Positions 22,905 to 34,094 of a stretch of 57,454 nucleotides of DNA are shown one piece after another (within the stretch, counting starts at the first letter, position 1; each line of letters begins with the position of its first letter). This DNA is from Octopus bimaculoides (taxonomy: Eukaryota), in assembly GCF_001194135.2 (NCBI RefSeq), contig NC_068994.1, forward strand, positions 40,089,033 to 40,146,486. Reading direction: 5' to 3'. The notes beneath the pieces are model-generated. The model saw only the letters and a list, made by a program, of their open reading frames with translations, did no database searches and had not been told where the DNA came from. The translations under genes were made by a program, and so were the position numbers.

Positions 22905-23975
22905 TGACTCAACAGACAGACCGGCTATCTTAGTAAACAATAATATGAAAGATTAAGCAACAATTGAGAATCTAAAGACAGGAAAATACCCTGGTCAGTC
23001 ACTAATGAGATGCTTAAAGTATCTGGTGTAATACGATATGTCCTAGTCCCCCATATAGTTAATCAGTTTTTACAGGAAAGTCTTATACTCAATGTCTTGT
23101 GTAACACTATTATGGTCTACTTTTACAAATGTAAAGGAGTTGCCTTAGACAGCAGAAATTACAGAATTACCAAATTGCTACAACAGTGCGCGCACACATG
23201 ACTAAGTGTAAGTGCCCTGAGAGAAATGTTAGACATAAGAAGCATCGGATGTGGTGTGCAAGAGAGATGTTTGCGCTGGTATGGTCATGTACTACAGCTG
23301 GATGAGGAGAGCTGTGTGAAGAAGTGCCACTCCCAAATAGTTGAAGGAATCCGGGGTAAAGGTAGACCCAGAAAACATGGGATGAGGTAGTGAAGCATGA
23401 CCGTCAAATGTTGGGCCTCACAGAAGCAATGAAGAAAGACCGAAACCTCTGGAGATATGCTGTGACTGTGAAAACCCAGCAAATAAAGTGAGTTCACGGC
23501 TGTATCCTATACCAGTTTCGCATAACCAGCCCCAGCTCAATCAAGAGTACCTTGGATCATAGGGTGACCTGCTGTGCTTGAGGAAACCTATTGAGTCAAG
23601 TGCATCAACATCAAAATGAAAATCAAATGGAAATTGTAGTTGTGATACCTGTGCCGGAGGCACGTAAAAAGCACCGTCCGAACATGGCTAATGCCAGCAC
23701 CACCTTGACTGGCTTCTGTGCCGGTGGCACGTAAAAAGCACAAACCATTCATGGCCGTTGCCAGCCACCTCTGGCTCCTGTGCCGGTGGCATGTAAAAAA
23801 GCACCCACTACACTTAGGGAGTGGTTGGAATTAAGAAAGGGCATCCAGCTGCTGAAACATCGCCAGATCAGGCTGGAGCCTGGGGCAGCCTCCTGGCTTC
23901 CCAGACCCCAGTTGAACTGTCCAACCCATGGTAGAATGGAAAACGGACGTTAAACGATGATGATGATGATGATGA

Positions 23976-23980
<5 letters not shown>
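22905..23980 (+). mobile_element. RTE-type LINE copy lacking the RT core, with full 3' UTR
   Basis: MLKVSG...YKCKGVALDSRNYRITKLLQQ joined directly to the post-RT region (RWYGHVLQL...GRPRK); same family as 30912-33300. Confidence 0.85.
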
Positions 23981-24011
<31 letters not shown>

Positions 24012-24400
24012 CTTTTGTTGATTCATGGAATGAGATGCGTAATACAGGGGTGGGGGTGAGAAATGCTATGTTTTATTTGAAATTAAAACAAGTAAAATCA
24101 TTTCAAATACTTGCATGGCTGACAAGTTGTCACAGAAAGAAATGAAATACTTAGAGTAAATAAGAAATCATTTTTGAGAAAGCCTCATCATCATCATCAT
24201 CATCATTTAATGTCCGCCTTCCATGCTAGCATTGGTGGGACCACATTAAAAGGCAAGAGTGTGTCAAGCAGTGTTTCTGAAAATGTGGCCATCTGGCTAA
24301 ATATTTGAACCCTAGCATAGTGGTTGATCATGGCTTATTGATTGCTTAGTTGTTTGATGCAATTAATAATTTGTTATGATATATTTATATTTTTATATTT

Positions 24401-24817
24401 AGGTGCAGGAGTGGCTGTGTGGTGAAGTAGCTTGCTTCCCAACCACATGGTTCCAGTTTAAGTCCCACTGCGTGGCACCTTGGGCAAGTGTCTTCTACTA
24501 TAGCCCCGGGCCGACCAAAGCCTTGTGAGTGGATTTGGTAGACGGAAACTGAAAGAAGCCTGTCATATATATGTATATATATATGTATGTATGCGTGTTT
24601 GTGTGTCTGTATTTGTCCCTCCACCATTGCTTGACAACCAATGCTGGTGTGTTTATGTGCCCGTAACTTAGCGGTTCGGCAAAAAGAGACCGATAGAATA
24701 AGTACTGGGCTTACAAAGAATAAGTCCTGGGGTCGATTTTCTCGACTAAAGGCGGTGCTCCAGTCAAATGACAGTCAAATGACTGAAACAAGTAAAAGAG
24801 TAAAAGAGTAAAGAGAG
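24401..24817 (+). mobile_element. SINE family A, young full-length copy
   Basis: Head AGGTGCAGGAGTGGCTGTGTGG, core gcaccttgggcaagtgtc, (AAAAGAGT)n tail. Confidence 0.92.
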
Positions 24818-25369
24818 ACTGAAGATATGCTGAGAAGATAAACAAAGCCATGGCTACACACATTAGAAAACCATAATTATGACTAAGTGGTCCCTAAAAA
24901 GATAGCCTGCTCTCACCAACATTAAATATACAAAAATACTTCACTTAGATTGAATGCCTGAAAAGGGAATACAACCACAATACTGGTGAGATTGATAGAA
25001 GTAAGGTGTTGCAAAAATCAACCACAGATCTCTGCCAGCTGTAACAAACACACATACACAAGAACACACATCAAAATTGTCATCAACATCATTGGTTCTT
25101 TTTATGGTTGCTTTCTCAATACAGGCAAAAGTAGAATGAAATGTCTAGGGAAGAGAGTGAGTGCCTGATAGATAAGAGGATCCAACAGGCCCATTGCCTT
25201 TCCTAGCTATGCAGGAAGTATGGTACAGTGGATAGGTAAGATCTACAGCCATAATTACTTACATCAGCAGCAGCAGCACAGTACATAATGCAGTAAGTAC
25301 AAAGCAGAAAGGAAAGGTGAGTGGATGGAGACAGGGAATGAGTAATAGAAAGCTGAGTGAGATGTGTGC

Positions 25370-25419
<50 letters not shown>

Positions 25420-25628
25420 ATGTCATTCATACATGTGTGTCATTCATACATATGTATAAGTATATATATATGTATGTATGTATATATACACACATATATA
25501 TGTATGTACGTACATAAGAATGTATGTTCGCATCTATTAACATATGTGTGTGTTTATACATACACATATATATACACACATACATATATATATATACACA
25601 TACACATATGCATATACATATGTATACA

Positions 25629-25726
<98 letters not shown>

Positions 25727-26213
25727 TATGTATATATATATGTACATATGTATATATATATGTATACATATATATATGTGTGTGTAAATACATGTGTATA
25801 TATATACACATATGTGTATATATATGTGTATGTATGTATAAACACACGCATATATATAGATAGATGTGAATATACCTACATTCTTACGTACATACATACA
25901 TACATACATGTATATATATATATACCTATACATATATGTACGTACATATATGCATACATACATACACACATGTATGAAGATATATATATATATATATATA
26001 TATATAAATGCATATATATATTCATATATTGCATGAGAGATAACAGGAAGCATGTTGTCAGTATTTCATTTATTTCTTATCCATTACAATCCTTTCAGTG
26101 ATCAATAATCAAGATCAGTGGAGTTTAAACATGGATAATATCTGGAACCATAATCTTATATGGTAATTTGTCATGTACCTATTTCCATTTACACACGCAC
26201 ATACATATACTCA

Positions 26214-26263
<50 letters not shown>

Positions 26264-26395
26264 NNNNNNNNNNAGAGAGAGAGAGATACACACACACATA
26301 TATATACATACATACATATATACATGCATATATATATACACACACACATATATACACACACACACATATATATGTATGTATATGTATATATAATT
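25370..26395. repeat. Large compound TA/CA/TACA microsatellite block
   Basis: Includes a pure (AT)n run of about 90 bp near 25631-25720. Confidence 0.95.
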
Positions 26396-26534
26396 CTTCT
26401 CTTTTAGCATATAGATGCATACTGTGATTTTTAATACAATGCATCAATAAAGGGACTTTTCCCAGACAGAACACTGTAGCTTCTGGCTTTTCAGCAAAAC
26501 ATGTGTGATAAGTATGTTATAATAATAAAGTAAT

Positions 26535-27166
26535 TTTAATGTCGTTGGCAGCGGCACCCACTCGTGACTGAATTTGGTTCATCTGGTGCCTCCGTGATGC
26601 TCAAACCTGACATGGTTCAGAAAGCCAAGTCGGGAATGGAACAGTCTCAGGTATTGATCACATGGCATGGAAGGTGGTGGTGGTCTTGGCTGGAGTTGCC
26701 AGGCCTTGTGCTGCCTTTTATTTGCTTCTTCTTAAGTTTTTCTCCCTTCCTCAAAAGTGGAACAGCAAGAATGAATTGCTCTCCACCAGGATGGATGGCC
26801 AGTGGCTTCTTTTTCCCAAATGTTAAGGCTGATACCAGCTGGAAGGAGGGTAAACTTCAGCTGGTCTCTGCATCTGTGTTTTGAGAGTCTCCTTGAAGTC
26901 GTTCACCATTGATGAGCTTGCTGTAGTGGATGGTCCATTTGAAGTCTTTATGGAGCCATTCAGATGACATGCCCTGGCTACCTGAGGTGATACTTAAGGA
27001 TGGTGTTCCTCCCTGCTCTCGTCTTCACTGTGCTCTATGCTTGCAAGACATGAACCTTGTATCGAAAAGACCTGAAAAATCTTGAGCATTTCCAAAAAGC
27101 TAAGCTTCAGCAGATCCTCAACATTAAATGGCAGGATCAATACACCAACAACGAAGTCTTTAAATG
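26535..27166 (-). mobile_element. RTE/BovB-type LINE 3' end with an inverted 5' segment
   Basis: 26989-26579 minus: LR*PGHVI...RDQLK...WEKEA...FEEGRK...CDQYLRLFHSRLGFLNHVR; ~27018-27166 plus: VLYACKT*TLYRKDLKNLEHF...ILNIKWQDQYTNNEVF. Confidence 0.85.
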
Positions 27167-27512
27167 TATATATTGGGTCATCCCATGAATAACACACTTT
27201 TTTTATTCTACTTTTATTCTTTAAAATTAATTTAAACAAAGTTCTTTTTTATCTAAAATATACTCTCCTTCATTTTCTACAATACTTTTCCATCTACCTG
27301 GTAGACTTGCAAAGCTCCTCTTCCAAAATCCCCTTGTCCATGACGAAAAATACTCCTCCAGTATTGTTCTGACCTCATCTACACAAGTCATATAGCAGAA
27401 ACAATTGTAAGCTAATGAAATTCATGACAAAATCTCTTATTTCCTTTACATTGTAATTTCTTATTACTGCTCTGTACTGAACTTGCTTTTCGTTCTGAAG
27501 CATATGATTATT

Positions 27513-27551
<39 letters not shown>

Positions 27552-27552
<1 letters not shown>

Positions 27553-27782
27553 TTCTTTTTTTGCCCACAGGGGGCTAAACATAGAGGGGACAAACAAGGA
27601 CAGACAAAGGGATTAAGTCAATTACATCAGCCCCAGTGTGTAACTGGTACTTATTTAATCGACCCCGAAAGGATGAAAGGCAAAGTCGACCTCAGCGGAA
27701 TTTGAACTCAGAACGTAAAGACGGACGAAATACCACAAAGTATTTTGTCCGACATGCTACCAATTCTGCCAGCTTGCCATCC
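27552..27782 (-). mobile_element. SINE family C, young full-length copy
   Basis: Head GGCAAGCTGGCAGAATTGG, box B-like GAGTTCAAATTCC, A-rich tail; CpGs retained. Confidence 0.9.
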
Positions 27783-27831
27783 TTATATATATATATATAT
27801 ATATGTATACACACACACACACACATATATG

Positions 27832-28145
27832 TGGACCTCATGGAAGCAATGACAAATGACCGAGACCGTTGGCATTATGCCATGCTTGGGAAGAAGACAC
27901 ATCAAACCAAGTAAAATCACAGTCATGGCAGACACTGGTATCACACAAACGGCACCTGTGCCGGTGGCATATAAAACTACCCATTACACCCTCAGAGTAG
28001 CTGGCATTAGGAAGGGCATCCAGCTATAGAAACCATACCAAAACAGACTGGAGTCTGGTGCAGCCTTCCAGCTCGCTAGCCCTAGTCAGACCATACAACC
28101 CATACCAGCATGGACAATAGACGTTAAATGATGAGGATGATAATG
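27832..28145 (+). mobile_element. RTE-type LINE 3' end (last codons plus UTR)
   Basis: gacctcatggaagcaatgacaaatgaccgagac matches the end of the 30912-33300 ORF; family tail follows. Confidence 0.8.
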
Positions 28146-28194
28146 ATATATGCACAAATTGTCGAGTAATTAGTATCACAGAATTCCTAGAACC

Positions 28195-28345
28195 TAATAC
28201 TTCTTACCATGGACCTACTCTGATATTGCTCACCATGTTTGTTAAAGCCACCAGCCATGAAATTAAGGTCATTGTCATTTCTTTTGCATGTATTTTGCAT
28301 AACGGCTTCGTAGAAATGTTTCTTCTGTCCATCAGCTACCCCAGA
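28195..28345 (-). mobile_element. LINE APE endonuclease fragment
   Basis: QKKHFYEAVMQ...DLNFMAGGFNKHG resembles the GDFNGHVG motif region. Confidence 0.55.
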
Positions 28346-28354
28346 TAGCTGTGT

Positions 28355-28555
28355 GTGTGTGTTTGGCCCCTACAACTGCCTGACAACGGGTGTTGGTTGT
28401 CTATGTCCCCATAACTGAGCAGTTCAACCAAAGGGACCAACAGTATAAGTGCCAGGTTTTAAAAACAAAAAAAGTACTTGATTAAAAATTCTCTAAGGAA
28501 GTGCCCCAGTGTGGCTGCAGTCTAATGCAGTAAAAGATGAAGGATAAAAGATATA
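28355..28555 (+). mobile_element. SINE family A 3' half
   Basis: tgacaac.ggtgttggt...tccccataact...gtgccccag..tggctgcagtctaatg. Confidence 0.65.
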
Positions 28556-28838
28556 TGTGTGTGTGTTAGTATATGCATGTATGTATGTACGTACGTACGC
28601 GTGTATATATGTACTTATATATATCATACACATGCATATATGTCTCTCTCGCTCTCTCTCTCTCTATATATATATATATAAACATACATACATATCATAC
28701 ATGCGTTACATATATATAAAATCCACATGCGCGCGCTCATGTGTATACATATATATATATGGACATGGATTTCTGATGGGGAAATGATGGTGGAATGCGA
28801 AAATATATTAATGTGTTAACTTGTTTTACATATTAAGA

Positions 28839-29057
28839 TACGTTGTTCCAATAAAGTCTGCGAGATTTCGTGGCGCATGTCTTCATACATTCTATTGTAT
28901 GTTTGAAGTGATCGAGCTGCTACATGTATTGAAACACTAACTGAAAGTTTCGTAGTATCAGTATGTCTGCAAATAAGGAAAGTAACTCCTAATTATTAAA
29001 GCTGGAGTTATTTCCCTTCATACCTTATCCAAATTTCTGCAGTAGTGCACACACGTA
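28839..29057. mobile_element. Possible mariner-type MITE
   Basis: Begins TACGT and ends ACGTA with weak subterminal similarity (ctgcgagattt / ctgcagaaattt); TA at both ends. Confidence 0.4.
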
Positions 29058-29124
29058 TTTACGCAAAATTAAATATAATCTAATAAATAATTTTGCTTGC
29101 GTGTGTGTATATCTTTTGCATTTA

Positions 29125-29310
29125 ATGTGTTTTAGTCATTAGACTCTGTACGTGTTGAAGCACCACCTTGATGCATTTAGTTCACCAAATCGACCCGCAG
29201 TACCTTTTTTTGAAGCCTACCACCTTGTTCTTTTGGTCTCTCTTTGCCAAACCGCTTTGTTACCAATAGGTAAACAAACCAGCACCAGTTGCCAAACAGG
29301 GGTGGAGAAC
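29125..29310 (-). mobile_element. SINE family A 3' half
   Basis: tttagtcatt.gact...caaatcgaccc...ggtctct.tttgccaaaccgct. Confidence 0.65.
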
Positions 29311-29328
29311 AAGCACAAGTTCACATAC

Positions 29329-29378
<50 letters not shown>

Positions 29379-29439
29379 TATACATATGCATATATACATA
29401 CATATATGTACATACCTACTTATATATGTATATACACAT

Positions 29440-30015
29440 GCATATATGGGTACAGGACGTCACAAAAAAAACAGGAACAACATGAAAAACGAGAACAGGG
29501 AAAAACAAAAACATGGAAATGAACATTTTTCGAACAACGAAAGAAACAAATAGAGAAACGAGACAGGCAACATGAAGAACATTCCCTTCATCAGTTGTCC
29601 TCTGTTTTATCTACTCTGCCAGTCAATCATAAATCCGAAAGAGAAGCACATTCTAAGTTATAGAGCAGTAGAGTATTTAAATAAAGATAATATTGGCCGG
29701 TCTATGGGGTTACTCAGGGTTTCACGTCTCTGAAGAGCTTTGCTTTACAGCACCTCTTCAGACCTTAATGGCTGGTGGCCTTTCACCTCTCTTCAAAGTG
29801 GAAGAAGAAAAGACCTTGTAGATAGTTGTTGAACACACGGACAAAGAAGAGTGGGTGGGGGGAATTAAGCACAATGTATTGTCTCCTTCAGACTGCTATG
29901 TACAATCGATACGGTTAGTTTGTGGGGTCCCAGGACTTCGGTAGTAATTTCCTGAGGTGTAAGCAGGGTACAAAGATTTCTGTCGTTGAATTTAAGATGT
30001 TCCCCGGGTCAAGGG
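29440..30015 (-). mobile_element. Probable Penelope-like 3' end / pLTR remnant
   Basis: Frameshifted LGTPQTNRID resembles the LGTLxPxGxN end of PLE GIY-YIG proteins; hammerhead-like core at 29705-29770; weak. Confidence 0.4.
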
Positions 30016-30016
30016 A

Positions 30017-30060
<44 letters not shown>

Positions 30061-30717
30061 TTAAGATAAGATTTTAATAAAAGTTGTTAACTGTTTAAAA
30101 CCGTTTTATTCAATAGCAAATCAGCGACCTTTTGTGCAAACTTCTACAAAGGTTAATGATATTCTATGGAATAAACATTTCTTTAAATAGTCACTAACAT
30201 CTTAGGAAAAATCTTTCTTTAATAAACGTGATTGCATCAAGTAATTATTACAAAAGCTTTTTAATACACACACACGTACATATAAGCACATTCATATATT
30301 TGTGTTGGGGTATATATACACATATGTGTGTGTGTGCGTGCGTGCGTGTGTGCATGTACATATATATTAGCATGGATGCTCACACATACTTAAGTATTCA
30401 TAAATATATGTATATGCTTCCTGAAATCCATCAACAGTACACCTGATGGCTTTTTTTTTTTTACTTAGTTGTAGTGCACCTGAGCACTGTATACAACAAT
30501 TTCTTTCATATTTCATATATATGTATCTAAAATAGGCGCAAATAATGCGCATATGTGCATTATAGATTTACACCTGTTTCAGATATCCATTTCATATGTG
30601 TCCGTGGTTCAATTTAATCAATTGATCAATTGAGAATATTGTGAATGACCGTTGCACAGCTACCTTTGTTAGAGTCCAATAATCAACTGCCACACGAACA
30701 CACACACACACACACAC

Positions 30718-30908
30718 ATCATAATCATCATCATTATCATCGTCATTATTTAATGTCCATCTTCCATGCATGGGTAGGACAGTTGATAGGAGCCAGCAAT
30801 GTAGAAAAACTACTCTAGGCTACTGTGTCTGTTTTGGCAGGGATTTTACAGCTGGATGCCCTTCTTAACACCAACCACTCTGCAGATTGGACTCGTATGC
30901 TTTTTACA
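30718..30908 (-). mobile_element. 3' tail of RTE-type LINE family (diverged subfamily)
   Basis: acagctggatgcccttcttaacaccaaccactc plus (TCA)n tail. Confidence 0.75.
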
Positions 30909-30911
30909 TAA

Positions 30912-33300
30912 TGTTGAGGGCAACTCAAGGCTCTTACAGGACAACTTGTTGAGGGCTACTGACCAGATCTGTGACTGGTGCAAAATCCCCTCTGAACCTA
31001 AGGTAACATGGTGGTAGAACAACGTAGCTTACGGGGCCATTAGGGAAAAGAAACAGGTATGGAAAATACTGGAAGTGTAGTGGTAGTAGAGAACTGTATC
31101 AAATTGCCAAAAGGGAAGCTAGGAGACAGGTTTACTTAGCCAGGGGGGAAGCAGATAAGAAAAATATTTGCCAGTGTTCTGCATCTTGAGGACCAGAGTC
31201 TTGAAGTGTTTCGTATTGCAAGACAGTGTGTGAGAGAGAATCATAATGTCATAGGAAAGAAATGTGTCCACATGGATGATGACTCACTTGCATTTAATGA
31301 TGTTGCAAAGAGAGAGACTTGGAGACGCCACGATGAAAGGTTGCTAAATGAAGAGAATGCATGGGAGAAAGAGAGTCTGCCAAATGTGGACCCAACAGAA
31401 TGACCAGCTATTCGAATTGACAGTTCCTTGGTAGATAAAGCAATTAAGGGTATGAAGGCAGGGAAAGCCCCCAGCCCATCAGGAATCACTATAGTGTAAG
31501 CTATAGTCTAGTCACCCATATAGTCAACCAGGTGATATATGAAGGAGTCATACCCAATGGCTGGTGGAGCAGCACCAAAGTCAACTGCTACAAAGGTAAA
31601 GCTGACACATTAGATAGGAATAATTACAGAGATATCAAATTCTTGCATCAGATGATGAAAGTCACGGAGAGGGTCTTATCCCAACTAATTAAGGAGATAG
31701 TTAGCTTAGATGAGATGCATTTGGGGTTTGTGCCAGGGAGAAGCACCACTGAAGCTATATTTCTGGTAAGACAGCTGCAGGAAAAATTCCCAGCCAAAGA
31801 TAAACCTCTGTATTTGGCTTTTGTTGACATAGAGTAAGCCTTTGACAGGGACCCTAATCCCTAACTAGGGATAGCTGAGTGGTTGGTGAGAGCTGTACAA
31901 GTCATGTACAGGGATGCTGTCAGTAAGATGAGGGTTAGCAACGAGTATAGTGAAGAATTCCAAGTAGAAGCAGGGTTTCATCAAGGCTCAGTCCTCAGCC
32001 CCCTCTTATTCATCATAGTCTTCCAGGCAATAGCAGAGGAATTCAAGACAGGCTGCCCCTGGGAACTCCTCTTGCTCTAATAGCTGAATCACGACCAGAA
32101 CTAGAGAAGAAGTTTCAGGTGTGGAAATAGAATCAAAAGGCCTTAGGGTTAAACTAACAAAAAACAACTCTTAGTAAGTAGGAAGGCATACAAATCACAT
32201 ATCCCTTCAGGTAGATGGCCCTGCTCAATATGTAGAAAAGGCATAGGTAGAAACGCCATATGATGTACCCGATGTATACTATGGATACATAAGAGGTGCA
32301 GTAATATCAAAGGAAGGTTAACTGGGAAAATAGTTTTTGTGCACGGCAGATGTACAGGGGCAATAAACACTGAAGATATTCAGAAAACAGATTCATTCTC
32401 ATGCCAGGTGAAAAAACTAAAAGTATTCAATAGCTTCCGCTACCTAACTGACCAAGTCAGTAACTGTGGTGGAATCTCTGAAAGCATAGCTGCTGGAATA
32501 AGACTAGCCTAGGCAAAGTTCAGAGAGCTCCTACCTCTGCTGGTAACAAAGGGCTTCTTGCTCAGAGTAAAAGTTAGATTGTATGATGCATGTGTGCAAA
32601 TAGCCATGCTCCATGGCAATGAAAGATGGGCTGTGACTGCTGAGGACATGCATAGAATTGAAAGAAATTAAGCTTGTATGCTTTGCTGGATGTGTAATGT
32701 CAGTGTGCATACACCACAGAGTGTAAGTGCGATGAGAGAAAAGTTGAACATTAGAAGCATTAGATGTGGTATGCAAGAGGAACTGTGCTGGTATGGTCAT
32801 GTGCTGCATATGGACGAGGACATCTGTGTGAAGAAGTGTCACACCCTGCCAGTAGAAGGAACCTATGGAAGAAGTAGACCCAGGAAGACATGGGATGAGG
32901 TGATGAAGTACAACCTTCAAACATTGGGCCTCACGGAGGCAATGACAAGTGACCAAGACATTTGAGAAGCCCAAGTGAGATTGCAGCCATGGCCAATGCT
33001 AGTGCCACATAACCGGCCTGTTGAAAAGCACCCTTCAATCATTGGGCAATATGCTGTGCTTGAGAAGACCTGTTGAGTCAAGTCAAATCATAGTTGTGAT
33101 TGATGCCAGTACCTCCTGACTGGCATGTAAAAAGCACCCACTACACTCTCAGAGTGGTTGGCATTAGGAAGGGCATCCAGCTGTAGAAACCTCACCAGAA
33201 CAGATTGGAGCCTGGTACAGTCTCTTGGCTTGTCAGGCCTCAGTCAAACCGTCCAACCCATGCCAGCTTGGAAAGTGGACGCTAAACGATGATGATAATG
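30912..33300 (+). mobile_element. 5'-truncated, pseudogenised RTE-clade LINE: linker, RT with PHD-like insert, 3' UTR
   Basis: YKGKADTLDRNNYR, GFVPGRSTTEAIF, LAFVDIE*AFD, HQGSVLSPLLF, FRYL, WYGHVL, GRSRPRKTW; stops and deletions; (GAT)n tail. Confidence 0.93.
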
Positions 33301-33463
33301 ATATATATATATGCGTGTATACATATGTGTGGTGTATGTGATATGGGGGAGGGAGAGGCAGTCTTGGAATTTTCTTTTTTTCTTCTGTTTTTGCAGTTTC
33401 TGTNNNNNNNNNNNNNNNNNNNNNNNNNNNNNNNNNNNNNNNNNNNNNNNNNNNNNNNNNNNN

Positions 33464-33501
<38 letters not shown>

Positions 33502-34094
33502 GCTAAGCATTTCACCCAATGTGCTAACAATTCGGCCAGCTCACCACCTTTATACTCAGGTATAATAAAATTTCTTTGAATGAGTAAAAGACTAATTTTT
33601 GATACTGCTCAATAAATTATGTTTAATTAGAGCTTTGTAAGTTAATGATATCTATTCTGTTAATCCTGGGAAATGAAAGATACAACCAGCACCAGTGAGC
33701 TTTGAACCAAGGGATGCCTTTCTCACTAGTTTTATGCATTCATTGAAGTAGGGAGAGTAGCAAAGTATGGAATAGGATCTGAAGAAACAGGTGAAGGTCT
33801 GTCTTAGCAAATACTGAGTATAAACAGTTCAAAAGTGGGATCATTTTTTTTTTGAAAACTTGCCCGGTGGAATGAAATGACGATTTAGCATGGCTGACTG
33901 GACATTCAGCATGTTTTGGTGACAGTATATTGGCACTGGAGGCATACACGTGCATGCTTGCACACACACGTACATGCACATGCACACATGCATGTGCACA
34001 CATACACATGCATGCAGAAATTCTTGCATAAAGGGAGTGAGGTAGAAGGGAAGAGAGATTACATGTATGTATAAAACATAACTAAATGTTTTCC

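Noticed and set aside
17971-22907. Long ORFs of 270-430 aa in the ORF track
   Set aside because: Length comes from N gaps translated as X; only the zinc-finger part at 17971-18352 is real sequence
95-26474. Many ORFs rich in YI, HT, CV or VC dipeptides
   Set aside because: They are translations of TA/CA/TG microsatellites that happen to lack stops
28190-28345. Two good minus-strand donors (ATG|GTGAGC, ATG|GTAAGA) after an open frame, as a protocadherin exon
   Set aside because: The frame is a decayed LINE endonuclease fragment
29500-29600. CTGATGA...CGAAA on the minus strand as a complete hammerhead
   Set aside because: Stems I and II cannot be formed convincingly
30718-33300. LINE flanked by inverted ~190-bp tails, as a composite element with TIRs
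   Set aside because: The two tails are only about 65-70% alike and belong to different subfamilies; independent adjacent insertions are simpler
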